The notes: generated by a model not told the origin, from the letters alone. DNA of 32,000 bases from Candidatus Electrothrix yaqonensis (GCA_047651235.1 CP178758.1:3180001-3212000); one strand, 5' to 3'. Counted from the stretch's first letter, positions 8,491-16,315 are shown. Numbers and translations: made by a program.

Positions 8491-9045
8491 TTATACAATG
8501 ATAACGCTTGAATGACACTTCTCCTTGACACTGGATAGGCATAATAAAATTTCAAGCTGTTCCTGCAACTTCCTGAGCAGAACCATCAGGTTCATGACCA
8601 GAAAAATACTGTTGATCCATGCTTCAGAGGTTTGCTGAAGTTTTTCCCGGATGTAGTTGAGTCTATAGCCGTTTTTCCCTTGACCAAATTTCCCTTCAAT
8701 GGGGATCCGTTCCCGGCTGTCCCGAATCCGTTGTGCTTTCAGTTCCCGAAGACGCTCTTTGTTTTCTTCCGTTTCTTTCGGGGGCCTGCCCATTCGCTTG
8801 ACACCAAAGCGAATACCTTTTCCTGCAAATCCCTGCCCTCGTTGAAGGCATCCCAACCGATATGATCAACAAAAGCCAAACCATCGACCATGCTCACGCT
8901 GAGTTTGGCGCCGAACGCCACCTTTTTGCCTGCTTTCCCCCGAACTATCGGGCGCACATGGGGCTGGGCAATAAAAACAATTCGGTCATCGCAGCGCTTT
9001 TCTCGGTTTCTGTACATCTCATCCTGCTGGCGGCTGAAAAACATG
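8491..9045 (-). pseudogene. Degraded IS5-family (DDE_Tnp_1-type) transposase relic: 5'-truncated, internally deleted and frameshifted
   Basis: Two out-of-frame fragments are present. The first is ...QQDEMYRNREKRCDDRIVFIAQPHVRPIVRGKAGKKVAFGAKLSVSMVDGLAFVDHIGWDAFNEGRDLQ. The second is KGIRFGVKRMGRPPKETEENKERL...RIPIEGKFGQGKNGYRLNYIREKLQQTSEAWINSIFLVMNLMVLL. The N-terminal third or so of a normal protein is missing, as is a segment between DLQ and GIRF. The family assignment is from remembered motif patterns. Confidence 0.65.
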
Positions 9046-9525
9046 CTTCTTAGTCTGTTGCCGCAGGGCCTCATAGAGCACAATTCCGGCGCTCATGGCC
9101 AGATTCAGGCTGCGGATATGCGGATTGGACATAGGGATTGTATAACAGCGGTCGCTGTAGAGCGCCAGCGTTTTTTCGGGCAGCCCCTTGGTTTCCCTGC
9201 CGAAGACCAGGAAGTCACCGGGCGTGAAGGACGTGCGGTAATACGGGCGGTCTGTCTTGGTGGTGAAAAAAGACAGCCGCCGCTCATCCTGCTCGCTCAG
9301 AAAGGCGTCAAAATCCGGCCAATGCTGAATATTGACATGGGGCCAGTAGTCTAGTCCGGCCCGCTTGAGGTATTTGTCCTCCGTGCTGAAGCCCAGAGGA
9401 TGGACGAGATGAAGCACGGAATCTGTTGCTCCGCAGAGTCGGGCAATGGAGCCGGTGTTGGGCGGAATCTCCGGTTCAACCAGAACGATATTGAAGGGGG
9501 ATGATTTCACGGCACCTCTTTGCAT
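9019..9525 (-). CDS. trmL: tRNA (cytidine/uridine-2'-O-)-methyltransferase TrmL (SpoU/TrmH family)
   Basis: 168 aa. NIVLVEPEIPPNTGSIARLCGAT, LKRAGLDYW, LVFGRETKGLP and IRSLNLAMSAGIVLYEALRQ are colinear with E. coli TrmL (YibK). Confidence 0.85.
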   Translation of the reverse strand: MQRGAVKSSPFNIVLVEPEIPPNTGSIARLCGATDSVLHLVHPLGFSTEDKYLKRAGLDYWPHVNIQHWPDFDAFLSEQDERRLSFFTTKTDRPYYRTSFTPGDFLVFGRETKGLPEKTLALYSDRCYTIPMSNPHIRSLNLAMSAGIVLYEALRQQTKKHVFQPPAG

Positions 9526-9695
9526 TTGGACCGGGGTAATGGGGCAGTAGTCCGGTTTTCTGATTTCTTCAACTCAGCCCGCCCCTGCAGGCCAGGCTGA
9601 ACCACTTCTTCCAATTAAACAAATCAAAATCAATGGTTTAAAACAACAGCACCGGATACTCAGAGCAACTGCCAGTGCCGTCGGCCGATGCGGGC

Positions 9696-10937
9696 TTACT
9701 GGTTTTTTTCGACAGGCTGATTACCCTTATCCAGGGCAAAGGCGGTATGCAGGGCGCGGACAGCAAGTTCTGTGTACTTCTCCGCAATCACGCAGGATAC
9801 CTTAATCTCCGAGGTGGAGATCATCATGATATTGATGCCCTCATTGGCCATGATCTGAAACATGGTGGAGGCGATACCGGAGTGGTTGCGCATTCCCACC
9901 CCGACAATGGAGACCTTGACAATGGACTCATCACCGGTGACCGATTCTGCCCCGATTTCCTTGGCGGTCTTCTGCAGAATTTCCATAGTCCGGGCATAGT
10001 CAGTACGCAGGACGGTGAAGGTCATGTCGGTCAGGTCGCCTTCTCTGGTATTCTGGAGGATCATATCCACCAGAATACCTGCATCCGAGATGGGCAGAAA
10101 GACCTTGGAGGCTATGCCGGGCTGATCCGGGACTTTTTTGATGGTGATACGCGCTTCATTTTTATTATAGGTAATACCGGAAACCAGCATGGATTCCATA
10201 ATTCTGCCCTCCTCGACGACCCAAGTGCCCTCGTTTTCTGAAAATGTGGAACGAACATGCAGCGGAACGTTATAGCGTTTGGCCAGCCCGACTGAACGGA
10301 TTTCCAGGACTTTGGCCCCGAGGCTGGCGAGCTCCAGCATTTCGTCATAGGTTATCATGTCAATCTTGCGGGCCTGCGAACAGATGTTCGGGTCAGTGGT
10401 GTACACTCCCTCAACATCGGTAAAGATCTCGCAGGCATCCGCCTTGAGTGCGGCCGCCAGTGCCACCGCTGTGGTGTCGGAACCGCCCCGGCCCAGAGTG
10501 GTAATATTGCCGTCATCAGACACACCCTGAAACCCGGCAACAACAACAATTTTTCCCGCATCCAGGTGCCGGTGAATCAGCTCGGTATCGATTTCCCTGA
10601 TCCGGGCCTTGGTGTGCATGGCATCCGTGTGGATATGCACCTGATCGCCTAACAGGGAGATCGCGTCACTGCCTGCCGCTTTCACGGCCATCGCGAACAG
10701 GGAAATGGTCACCTGTTCTCCGGTCGAGACCAGCATATCCATCTCTCTGGGATCAGGGATCTTCTGCATTTCTGTGGCCATTCCCAGGAGCCTGTCTGTC
10801 TGGCCGGACATGGCCGACAGAACCACCACCATCTGATGGCCTTCTTTCTGCTGCCTGAGCACCCGCTCGGCTACGTTTTTTATTTTTTCAGTGGACCCGA
10901 CTGAGGTGCCACCGAATTTCTGCACGATAAGCGCCAT
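9696..10937 (-). CDS. lysC: Aspartate kinase
   Basis: 413 aa. It starts MALIVQKFGGTSVG and contains VVVLSAMSGQTDRL, GRGGSDTTAVALAAAL and two C-terminal ACT-like regions. Confidence 0.92.
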   Translation of the reverse strand: MALIVQKFGGTSVGSTEKIKNVAERVLRQQKEGHQMVVVLSAMSGQTDRLLGMATEMQKIPDPREMDMLVSTGEQVTISLFAMAVKAAGSDAISLLGDQVHIHTDAMHTKARIREIDTELIHRHLDAGKIVVVAGFQGVSDDGNITTLGRGGSDTTAVALAAALKADACEIFTDVEGVYTTDPNICSQARKIDMITYDEMLELASLGAKVLEIRSVGLAKRYNVPLHVRSTFSENEGTWVVEEGRIMESMLVSGITYNKNEARITIKKVPDQPGIASKVFLPISDAGILVDMILQNTREGDLTDMTFTVLRTDYARTMEILQKTAKEIGAESVTGDESIVKVSIVGVGMRNHSGIASTMFQIMANEGINIMMISTSEIKVSCVIAEKYTELAVRALHTAFALDKGNQPVEKNQ

Positions 10938-10960
10938 AGTTCTTCCGATTGATTAGAATT

Positions 10961-10982
10961 CAGGATCATTTCAGGATCATTT
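10961..10982. repeat. Perfect tandem 11-nt duplication in the lysC leader
   Basis: TCAGGATCATT occurs at 10961-10971 and again at 10972-10982. On the lysC strand this reads AAATGATCCTGA AATGATCCTGA, 24-45 nt upstream of the ATG. Confidence 0.9.
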
Positions 10983-11034
10983 TCTTCCCGACCCTCCGGA
11001 AAACCGGAGGCAGGGGATATATAAAAAGGGAGTA

Positions 11035-11063
11035 TTGTAAAAATATATCCGTAAATTTGCAAG
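11035..11063 (-). promoter_or_regulatory. Putative sigma70-type promoter of lysC
   Basis: On the minus strand: TTGCAA (11058-11063), an exact 17-nt spacer, then TACAAT (11035-11040). This lies about 95 nt upstream of the lysC ATG. A GC hairpin CCTCCGG-TTTT-CCGGAGG (about 10994-11011) lies in the predicted leader. Confidence 0.45.
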
Positions 11064-11346
11064 TCTAATCCGGCCTTAATACGGTCGGGCAGTCCCGCAG
11101 CAGAACAGGCTGAAGCGTATCCGGGATGCGTCCAGATATTTGCTCCATGTTTTCACTCTTTTTCTAACACACTGAATAGACAATCTAAATAAATTGGGAA
11201 TAACTTTTCCATGCATAAAAAAATTAAAAAAGATTTGACAGCGATTTAAAAATTATGTTTACTATAATTAAGAGTGATTATTAATAACGTGTAACAATAA
11301 ATACCGACTGACCCCCATATCGATCCTAAAAAAGGAGGAACGTCCT

Positions 11347-11691
11347 ATGCAGAAATTCATCTTCACCACCGTGTTTGCTCTCGTCTCTGTTTTCTCTGTA
11401 ACTTCTGTCTCTGCCGGAGATGTATGCCTGAAAGGTTACGGCAAAACACCGGATGAAGCATTTCAGGCCGGAGTGAAACTTCTTGAAGAAAAGGATGCCG
11501 AAATGGGGCAGGGATGGATGAAAGACAATATGCAGCTCCAGCTGCTGCCGAAAAAGGAAAAAGGTCTTTTTGTTTCCGTGGTCTATTCTGTGCACCATGA
11601 GCATCAGGAACTATGCGGCCTGAAGGTTTCTGCCCCGAAAGTTGCTGATACAGCCAAGGCCAACTGCGACAAAACAATATGTGAAATCTGA
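11347..11691 (+). CDS. Small secreted protein of unknown function, paralog 1
   Basis: 114 aa. AAGGAGGA lies 7 nt upstream of the ATG. It has a signal peptide MQKFIFTTVFALVSVFSVTSVSA|GD. It is a tandem paralog of 11776-12108. Several differences between the two copies are third-position synonymous changes in this frame (ttc/ttt, ggg/ggc, gga/ggc, gtt/gtc, gtc/gtt), which supports plus-strand coding. Confidence 0.7.
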   Translation: MQKFIFTTVFALVSVFSVTSVSAGDVCLKGYGKTPDEAFQAGVKLLEEKDAEMGQGWMKDNMQLQLLPKKEKGLFVSVVYSVHHEHQELCGLKVSAPKVADTAKANCDKTICEI

Positions 11692-11775
11692 AAGAAGAAG
11701 ACCGCAACAGCTGTGATGAACCGATAAACCGACAATACTGACTTTTACCCGTATATCCTCAAGGAGGAACGTCCA

Positions 11776-12108
11776 ATGCAGAAATTTATCTTCACCACCA
11801 TATTTGCTCTCTCTATTCTCTCTGTAACTTCAGCCTCTGCCGGAAATGTATGCCTGAAAGGTTACGGCGAAACACCGGATGAAGCATTTCAGGCCGGAGT
11901 GAAACTTCTTAAAAATAAGGATGCCGAAATGGGCAAGGGCTGGATGAAAGACAATATGCTCATCCGGCTGCTGCCGAACAAGGAAAAAGATCTTTTTGTC
12001 TCCGTGGTTTATTCTGTGCACCATCAGGACGCATGTGATCTGGGATCGGCTCTGAAAATGGCTGATACAGCCAAGGCGGACAGCGGTACAACACAATCTT
12101 CAATCTGA
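11776..12108 (+). CDS. Small secreted protein of unknown function, paralog 2
   Basis: 110 aa. It has the same RBS context (AAGGAGGAACGTCC-ATG) and a signal peptide MQKFIFTTIFALSILSVTSASA|GN. The shared core is VCLKGYG.TPDEAFQAGVKLL..KDAEMG.GWMKDNM...LLP.KEK.LFVSVVYSVHH. Confidence 0.7.
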   Translation: MQKFIFTTIFALSILSVTSASAGNVCLKGYGETPDEAFQAGVKLLKNKDAEMGKGWMKDNMLIRLLPNKEKDLFVSVVYSVHHQDACDLGSALKMADTAKADSGTTQSSI

Positions 12109-12230
12109 AGGAAAAATAGGAGTTACAGTTGCGCGGCGTTCTGCTCTTCGGCAGCCTTTTTCTGGAAAAGATAAATAAATCGGCTGCCAGCCATTCCTGC
12201 CCAGCTGCATAAAAAAAAGGAGGAACCAGT

Positions 12231-12503
12231 ATGAAAAATCTACACGAAGTCGTTGAAACATATACTGATAAGGACAGAAATCCTTGCTACCTCGGCAGAG
12301 AAATCGTTTCCGTGTCCGCCCGGATCGATCTGGAGGCGAAAATCAAGCTGCGGATCCTGGCCTCCCTGTTCGGAAAAAAGCAGACGCCTCTGCTGGCCGA
12401 ACTTATCGAAACATCGATCAATGAAGTTTTTGATCAGGTCGAACTGACCGAAGAGCTGCGGGAGGAGTTTAAAGGCATGATGGCGGAACAGCGATCAGCA
12501 TAA
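12231..12503 (+). CDS. Small hypothetical protein, possibly ribbon-helix-helix-like
   Basis: 90 aa. AAGGAGGAAC lies 6 nt upstream of the ATG. The segment VSVSARIDLEAKIKLRILASLFGKKQTPLLAELIETSINEVF has a strand-helix-G-x-x-T-helix pattern compatible with an RHH fold. This is by-eye inference, with no family recognised. Confidence 0.5.
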   Translation: MKNLHEVVETYTDKDRNPCYLGREIVSVSARIDLEAKIKLRILASLFGKKQTPLLAELIETSINEVFDQVELTEELREEFKGMMAEQRSA

Positions 12504-12598
12504 ATCACGCTTTTCCGCCTTGTCGGGCAGGCAGTTACATGCGGGAATGAGCAAGGATCAGTTTTCCTCCACACGTAACAGGTGCCCGATATTTTTTT

Positions 12599-15500
12599 TC
12601 ACACGTCCAGCTCGGAGACCTCCAGAGCGTGGTTCTGAATAAACTCCCGCCTCGGTTCCACTTTATCGCCCATCAGGGTGACAAACAGGTCATCCGCTGT
12701 CTCGGCATCCTCAATCTTTACCTGCAGCAGCGTCCGGTTTTCCGGATTCATGGTTGTTTCCCAGAGCTGCTCCGGGTTCATTTCGCCCAGTCCTTTGTAG
12801 CGCTGCAGATGGCTGCCCCGGAAGGTTTCCTCCCGCACCAGCCGGATCAGCTCGTGCCAGGTTTCAGCCTGCAGTTCCTTTTCCTGTCCGCTGGTTGAGG
12901 TTTTGATGATCTTGAACCTGCCGTCAATGTGATCCCGAATTTTTGGATACAGATCAAGAAGGTGGCGATATTCCGGAATCAGCGGGATATTCGGTCCGAC
13001 CGTAGTCCGGGTATGGGCCTGGCCGCGAAAGGCCATGTCGAATTCGTAGCAGCTCTGCCGCCAGCGGCAGGTGCGGATATCACTGAGCACAGGGTCAAGG
13101 GGGGCGAGCTGCTCCACCAGTCCTTCCAGAAAGGCTCTGTCCATAAACTGATCTGCAGAATGCACATCGTTTTCCAGCAGAAAAAGGGTTAGTTTTTCCT
13201 GGATGTTCATCCGCTCCAGAAAGCTGTTGATCCGCTCAAAAAAGGTCAGCTTCTTCAGTAGACTGACCATAGCCTGTCCTTCAATTTCCTCTCCGTTTTC
13301 CCTGCGGAGACAAAGCCTCTGGGCGGCCTGATCATAAAGGTAGCTGTTCAGGGCATCATCATCAAGAAAATACTGCTCCTTTTTGCCCCGGCCCAGCCTG
13401 TACAGCGGCGGCTGCCCGATGTACACATATCCCTTTTCCACCAGAGGAAGCATCTGGCGGTAGAAAAAGGTAAGGAGCAGAGTGCGGATATGAGCACCGT
13501 CCACGTCGGCGTCGGTCATGATAATGATTTTGTGATAACGGAGTTTTTCCTCGTCAAACTCCTCCCGACCGATGCCGGTCCCCAGAGAGGCGATGAGCTG
13601 CCTGATCTCCTCGGAGTCAAGAATCTTGTCAAAGCGGGCCTTTTCCACGTTCATAATTTTGCCGCGCAGGGGCAGAATGGCCTGGACCGAGCGGTCCCGG
13701 CCCTGTTTGGCACTGTTATGAACAAAAATACCGCTGGCCAGAGCGAAGTTATGCGTATGCGGTACTTCAATATCATAGACATCAACCAGCTCTGACAACT
13801 TTTCTACAGATACGACACGGTGATTGTGATGTTTAACGGCTTCCAAAGCGCGTTCAATGTCATTATCAAAATACCGTCTGCAGAAGGTGTCAAAACGCAG
13901 CAGTGATTTGTCTTTTTTCGAAATACGATGTTGCCGGTATCCTTCTAGGTCAACGGTTCCGGGGGCTACTTCGTACTGCTTGAGTATTGCCAGTGTTTTC
14001 CGGTAATACGTCTGAGCCAAAGCTACCCGGCGACGGGTACGGAATTCCGGAGTCCATTGCCCGCGTGTCTTTTGGCTGCGCCAAGCCAATAGCGCCTCAT
14101 CCTTCCACTGCTCTTTTGACTTCCGTGAAGCTGCAGAGCGGGCTTCGGGATGTTCGGCAAAATAAGAGCGCACACGTTCAGCCTGTGCCTGCCGATTTTT
14201 TGCATCGGCCCAATATTCCTGTTGTGCATCATTCAGCAAAGCGGCATTCTGTCGGCGATATTCATCATTGTTTTCATAGAATTCCCGCCACTTTTCCGTC
14301 ATATAGTTTTTATATGCTTCATCCTCCCACTGCGCCTTAGCCCGCTCTGAAAGCATCTGCCTCATTTCGGGCTGCAACATACGTTGACTGATTTTAGTAC
14401 GGAATGCCTCAGTCCGATGAAGAGCGCGTGTCTTTGCAATCACATCAGGGCGGTGCAATGTCCGTTCAACATGCCGACGATGCAGGGCCAGATGTTCCTC
14501 TGAAGGCATCCGGCGAATATTGGACGGATTGTTATTATGCTTATTGAAATCTATATGATGACAATGCGCTCCGTCTTCAACCGCATACGTTCCCTTCCAC
14601 CGGTTGTACCAGTCAGCCAGCATATGGGTGAAAAGCCAGCTGTCTGAACGCGGATCCCAGACCATTTCATAATCTGCAATGGTGATCCTCGGCTCTCTTA
14701 TATCGGAAAGTTTACGATACAGCGGCATCAGAGAAGTATCTTCAGACAGCTCCGCAGCCGGGCAGTATTTCCCGTTGCGCAAAAGAAAACGATGATCCGG
14801 AGTGCAGACGATCTGCTCACCGTTGTCCAGAGTTACACGCACCACTTCCTGCTGCCGCTTCGTCATTCGAGGATGCAGAATCCGCTCAAGACCGATTTTT
14901 CCGTCAGCACGAATGGTGTAGCAAAAATGTTCTTTTCCCTGTTGCTGCTCCGCGATGATTTCTTCAAAACTCAAGGCGCGTCCGTCAGCCAAGGCAATAC
15001 GGGTATCGCCGGAAAAACAGCCTCCTGCTGAATCGCCCTCCACGATGAACAGTTCCCGTTCTTCCGGATTTTTTGACTGGCATTCTGCCAGTTTGCCAGC
15101 CATCATCACCGAGGTGCCGCCTTTTTTCCGGGACAGCTCTCTGGCCCGTTTTGCCGCCTCTCTGGCCCGAGCCGCTTCCACGGCCTTGCTCAGGATCTGT
15201 TTGGCGACCTGCGGATTTTCCTCCAGATAATCACTGAGTTTTTCATTACAGAGGGAGGAAACAATGGACTTGACCTCGGCATTGCCCAGCTTGGTCTTGG
15301 TCTGACCTTCAAACTGCGGATTGGGAACCCGGACGGAGACAATGGCGGTCAGGCCCTCCCGGACATCGTCTCCGCCTAACTTGGCTTTGAGCTTTTTTGG
15401 AAGAACATCATCGGTGGCATATTTGTTGATGCATTTGGTCAGGGCTGACCGGAAACCGGCAACATGCGAACCACCTTCACGGGTGTGGATGTTGTTGACA

Positions 15501-16315
15501 AAGGAAAACAGCCGTTCAGAATAGCCGTCAAAGTACTGTAGGGATATCTCAACCTGCACCTGATCGCGTTCCCCTTCAAGGAACACGGGCTGCGGATGAA
15601 TCGGGGTACGTCTGCGGTTCAGATATTCGACATACTCCACAATACCGCCCTCGAAATGAAAGTTGTCCTCAGCACCGCTGCGCTCATCTTTCAGAAAAAT
15701 ACGAATTCCCCTGTTCAGGAAGGCCAGTTCCCGCAGGCGGTTGCGCACGGTTTCATATCTAAAGGCCACGGTCTCCGTGAAGATCGTCGGATCCGGCATG
15801 AATGTGATCGTGGTGCCGGTATGTTCACTGGTCCCGACCACCTCCATTTCACCGGCCCTGTCCCCGTATGCATAGGCTTGGCGGTAGATATTGCCGTTCC
15901 GTTTAATTTCCGCAGTCACAGCTGTGCTGAGGGCATTGACCACGGACACCCCGACCCCGTGCAGACCGCCGGAGACCTTGTAGGTGGAGTGATCAAACTT
16001 GCCGCCCGCATGGAGGGTGGTCATGACCAGTTCCAGGGCGGTCATATTTTCGGTGGGATGTCTGTCCACCGGAATACCCCGACCGTTATCTTCAACCGAG
16101 ACAGAACCGTCTTCATGGATAACAACGCTGATCCGGTCACAATGACCGGCAAGGGCCTCATCAATGGAGTTGTCCACCACCTCGTAGATCAGATGATGCA
16201 GTCCCTCTTCCGAAGTATTGCCGATATACATGGACGGCCGCTTGCGCACGGCCTCCAGCCCCTCCAGTACCTTGATCTGTTCCGCCCCGTAGGACATGTT
16301 TTCCTGTTCGCTCAC
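12599..16315 (-). CDS. gyrB: DNA gyrase subunit B, intein-containing precursor
   Basis: 1238 aa. The N-terminal GHKL ATPase carries LEAVRKRPSMYIG, HHLIYEVVDNSIDEA, DNGRGIPV and GGLHGVGVSVVNALS. The Toprim motif EGDSAGG is split from SAKQGRDR by 435 aa. The C-terminal tail carries IMTDADVDGAHIRTLLLTFF and QRYKGLGEMNPEQLWETTM. The exteins sum to 803 aa, a normal GyrB length. The start is GTG 16315 (AGGAGA upstream); an alternative ATG lies at 16297. Confidence 0.95.
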   Translation of the reverse strand: MSEQENMSYGAEQIKVLEGLEAVRKRPSMYIGNTSEEGLHHLIYEVVDNSIDEALAGHCDRISVVIHEDGSVSVEDNGRGIPVDRHPTENMTALELVMTTLHAGGKFDHSTYKVSGGLHGVGVSVVNALSTAVTAEIKRNGNIYRQAYAYGDRAGEMEVVGTSEHTGTTITFMPDPTIFTETVAFRYETVRNRLRELAFLNRGIRIFLKDERSGAEDNFHFEGGIVEYVEYLNRRRTPIHPQPVFLEGERDQVQVEISLQYFDGYSERLFSFVNNIHTREGGSHVAGFRSALTKCINKYATDDVLPKKLKAKLGGDDVREGLTAIVSVRVPNPQFEGQTKTKLGNAEVKSIVSSLCNEKLSDYLEENPQVAKQILSKAVEAARAREAAKRARELSRKKGGTSVMMAGKLAECQSKNPEERELFIVEGDSAGGCFSGDTRIALADGRALSFEEIIAEQQQGKEHFCYTIRADGKIGLERILHPRMTKRQQEVVRVTLDNGEQIVCTPDHRFLLRNGKYCPAAELSEDTSLMPLYRKLSDIREPRITIADYEMVWDPRSDSWLFTHMLADWYNRWKGTYAVEDGAHCHHIDFNKHNNNPSNIRRMPSEEHLALHRRHVERTLHRPDVIAKTRALHRTEAFRTKISQRMLQPEMRQMLSERAKAQWEDEAYKNYMTEKWREFYENNDEYRRQNAALLNDAQQEYWADAKNRQAQAERVRSYFAEHPEARSAASRKSKEQWKDEALLAWRSQKTRGQWTPEFRTRRRVALAQTYYRKTLAILKQYEVAPGTVDLEGYRQHRISKKDKSLLRFDTFCRRYFDNDIERALEAVKHHNHRVVSVEKLSELVDVYDIEVPHTHNFALASGIFVHNSAKQGRDRSVQAILPLRGKIMNVEKARFDKILDSEEIRQLIASLGTGIGREEFDEEKLRYHKIIIMTDADVDGAHIRTLLLTFFYRQMLPLVEKGYVYIGQPPLYRLGRGKKEQYFLDDDALNSYLYDQAAQRLCLRRENGEEIEGQAMVSLLKKLTFFERINSFLERMNIQEKLTLFLLENDVHSADQFMDRAFLEGLVEQLAPLDPVLSDIRTCRWRQSCYEFDMAFRGQAHTRTTVGPNIPLIPEYRHLLDLYPKIRDHIDGRFKIIKTSTSGQEKELQAETWHELIRLVREETFRGSHLQRYKGLGEMNPEQLWETTMNPENRTLLQVKIEDAETADDLFVTLMGDKVEPRREFIQNHALEVSELDV
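13715..15019 (-). other. Class 1 intein (435 aa) with HNH homing-endonuclease domain inserted in the GyrB Toprim motif
   Basis: It starts with the Cys codon at 15017-15019 (CFSGDTRIAL, block A). TPDHRF is block B. It ends VYDIEVPHTHNFALASGIFVHN (Asn codon 13715-13717), followed by the +1 Ser codon at 13712-13714. The HNH core AHCHHIDFNKHNNNPSNIRRMPSEEHLALH maps to 14480-14566. Excision restores EGDSAGG-SAKQGRDR. Confidence 0.9.

Noticed and set aside
9675-10241. 188-aa plus-strand ORF
   Set aside because: It lies entirely antisense within lysC, which has unmistakable aspartate kinase motifs.
11235-11268. Consensus TTGACA (11235-11240) and TATAAT (11263-11268) upstream of the small secreted-protein genes
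   Set aside because: The spacer is 22 nt, too long for a functional sigma70 promoter. With a 17-nt spacer the -10 would be the poor TTTACT. I therefore do not call a promoter, although the AT-rich region probably contains one.
11326-12096. Minus-strand ORFs (92, 114 and 88 aa) opposite the tandem small-protein genes
   Set aside because: The plus-strand frames have strong RBSs and signal peptides, and inter-copy differences concentrate at third positions. The minus-strand products are low-complexity.
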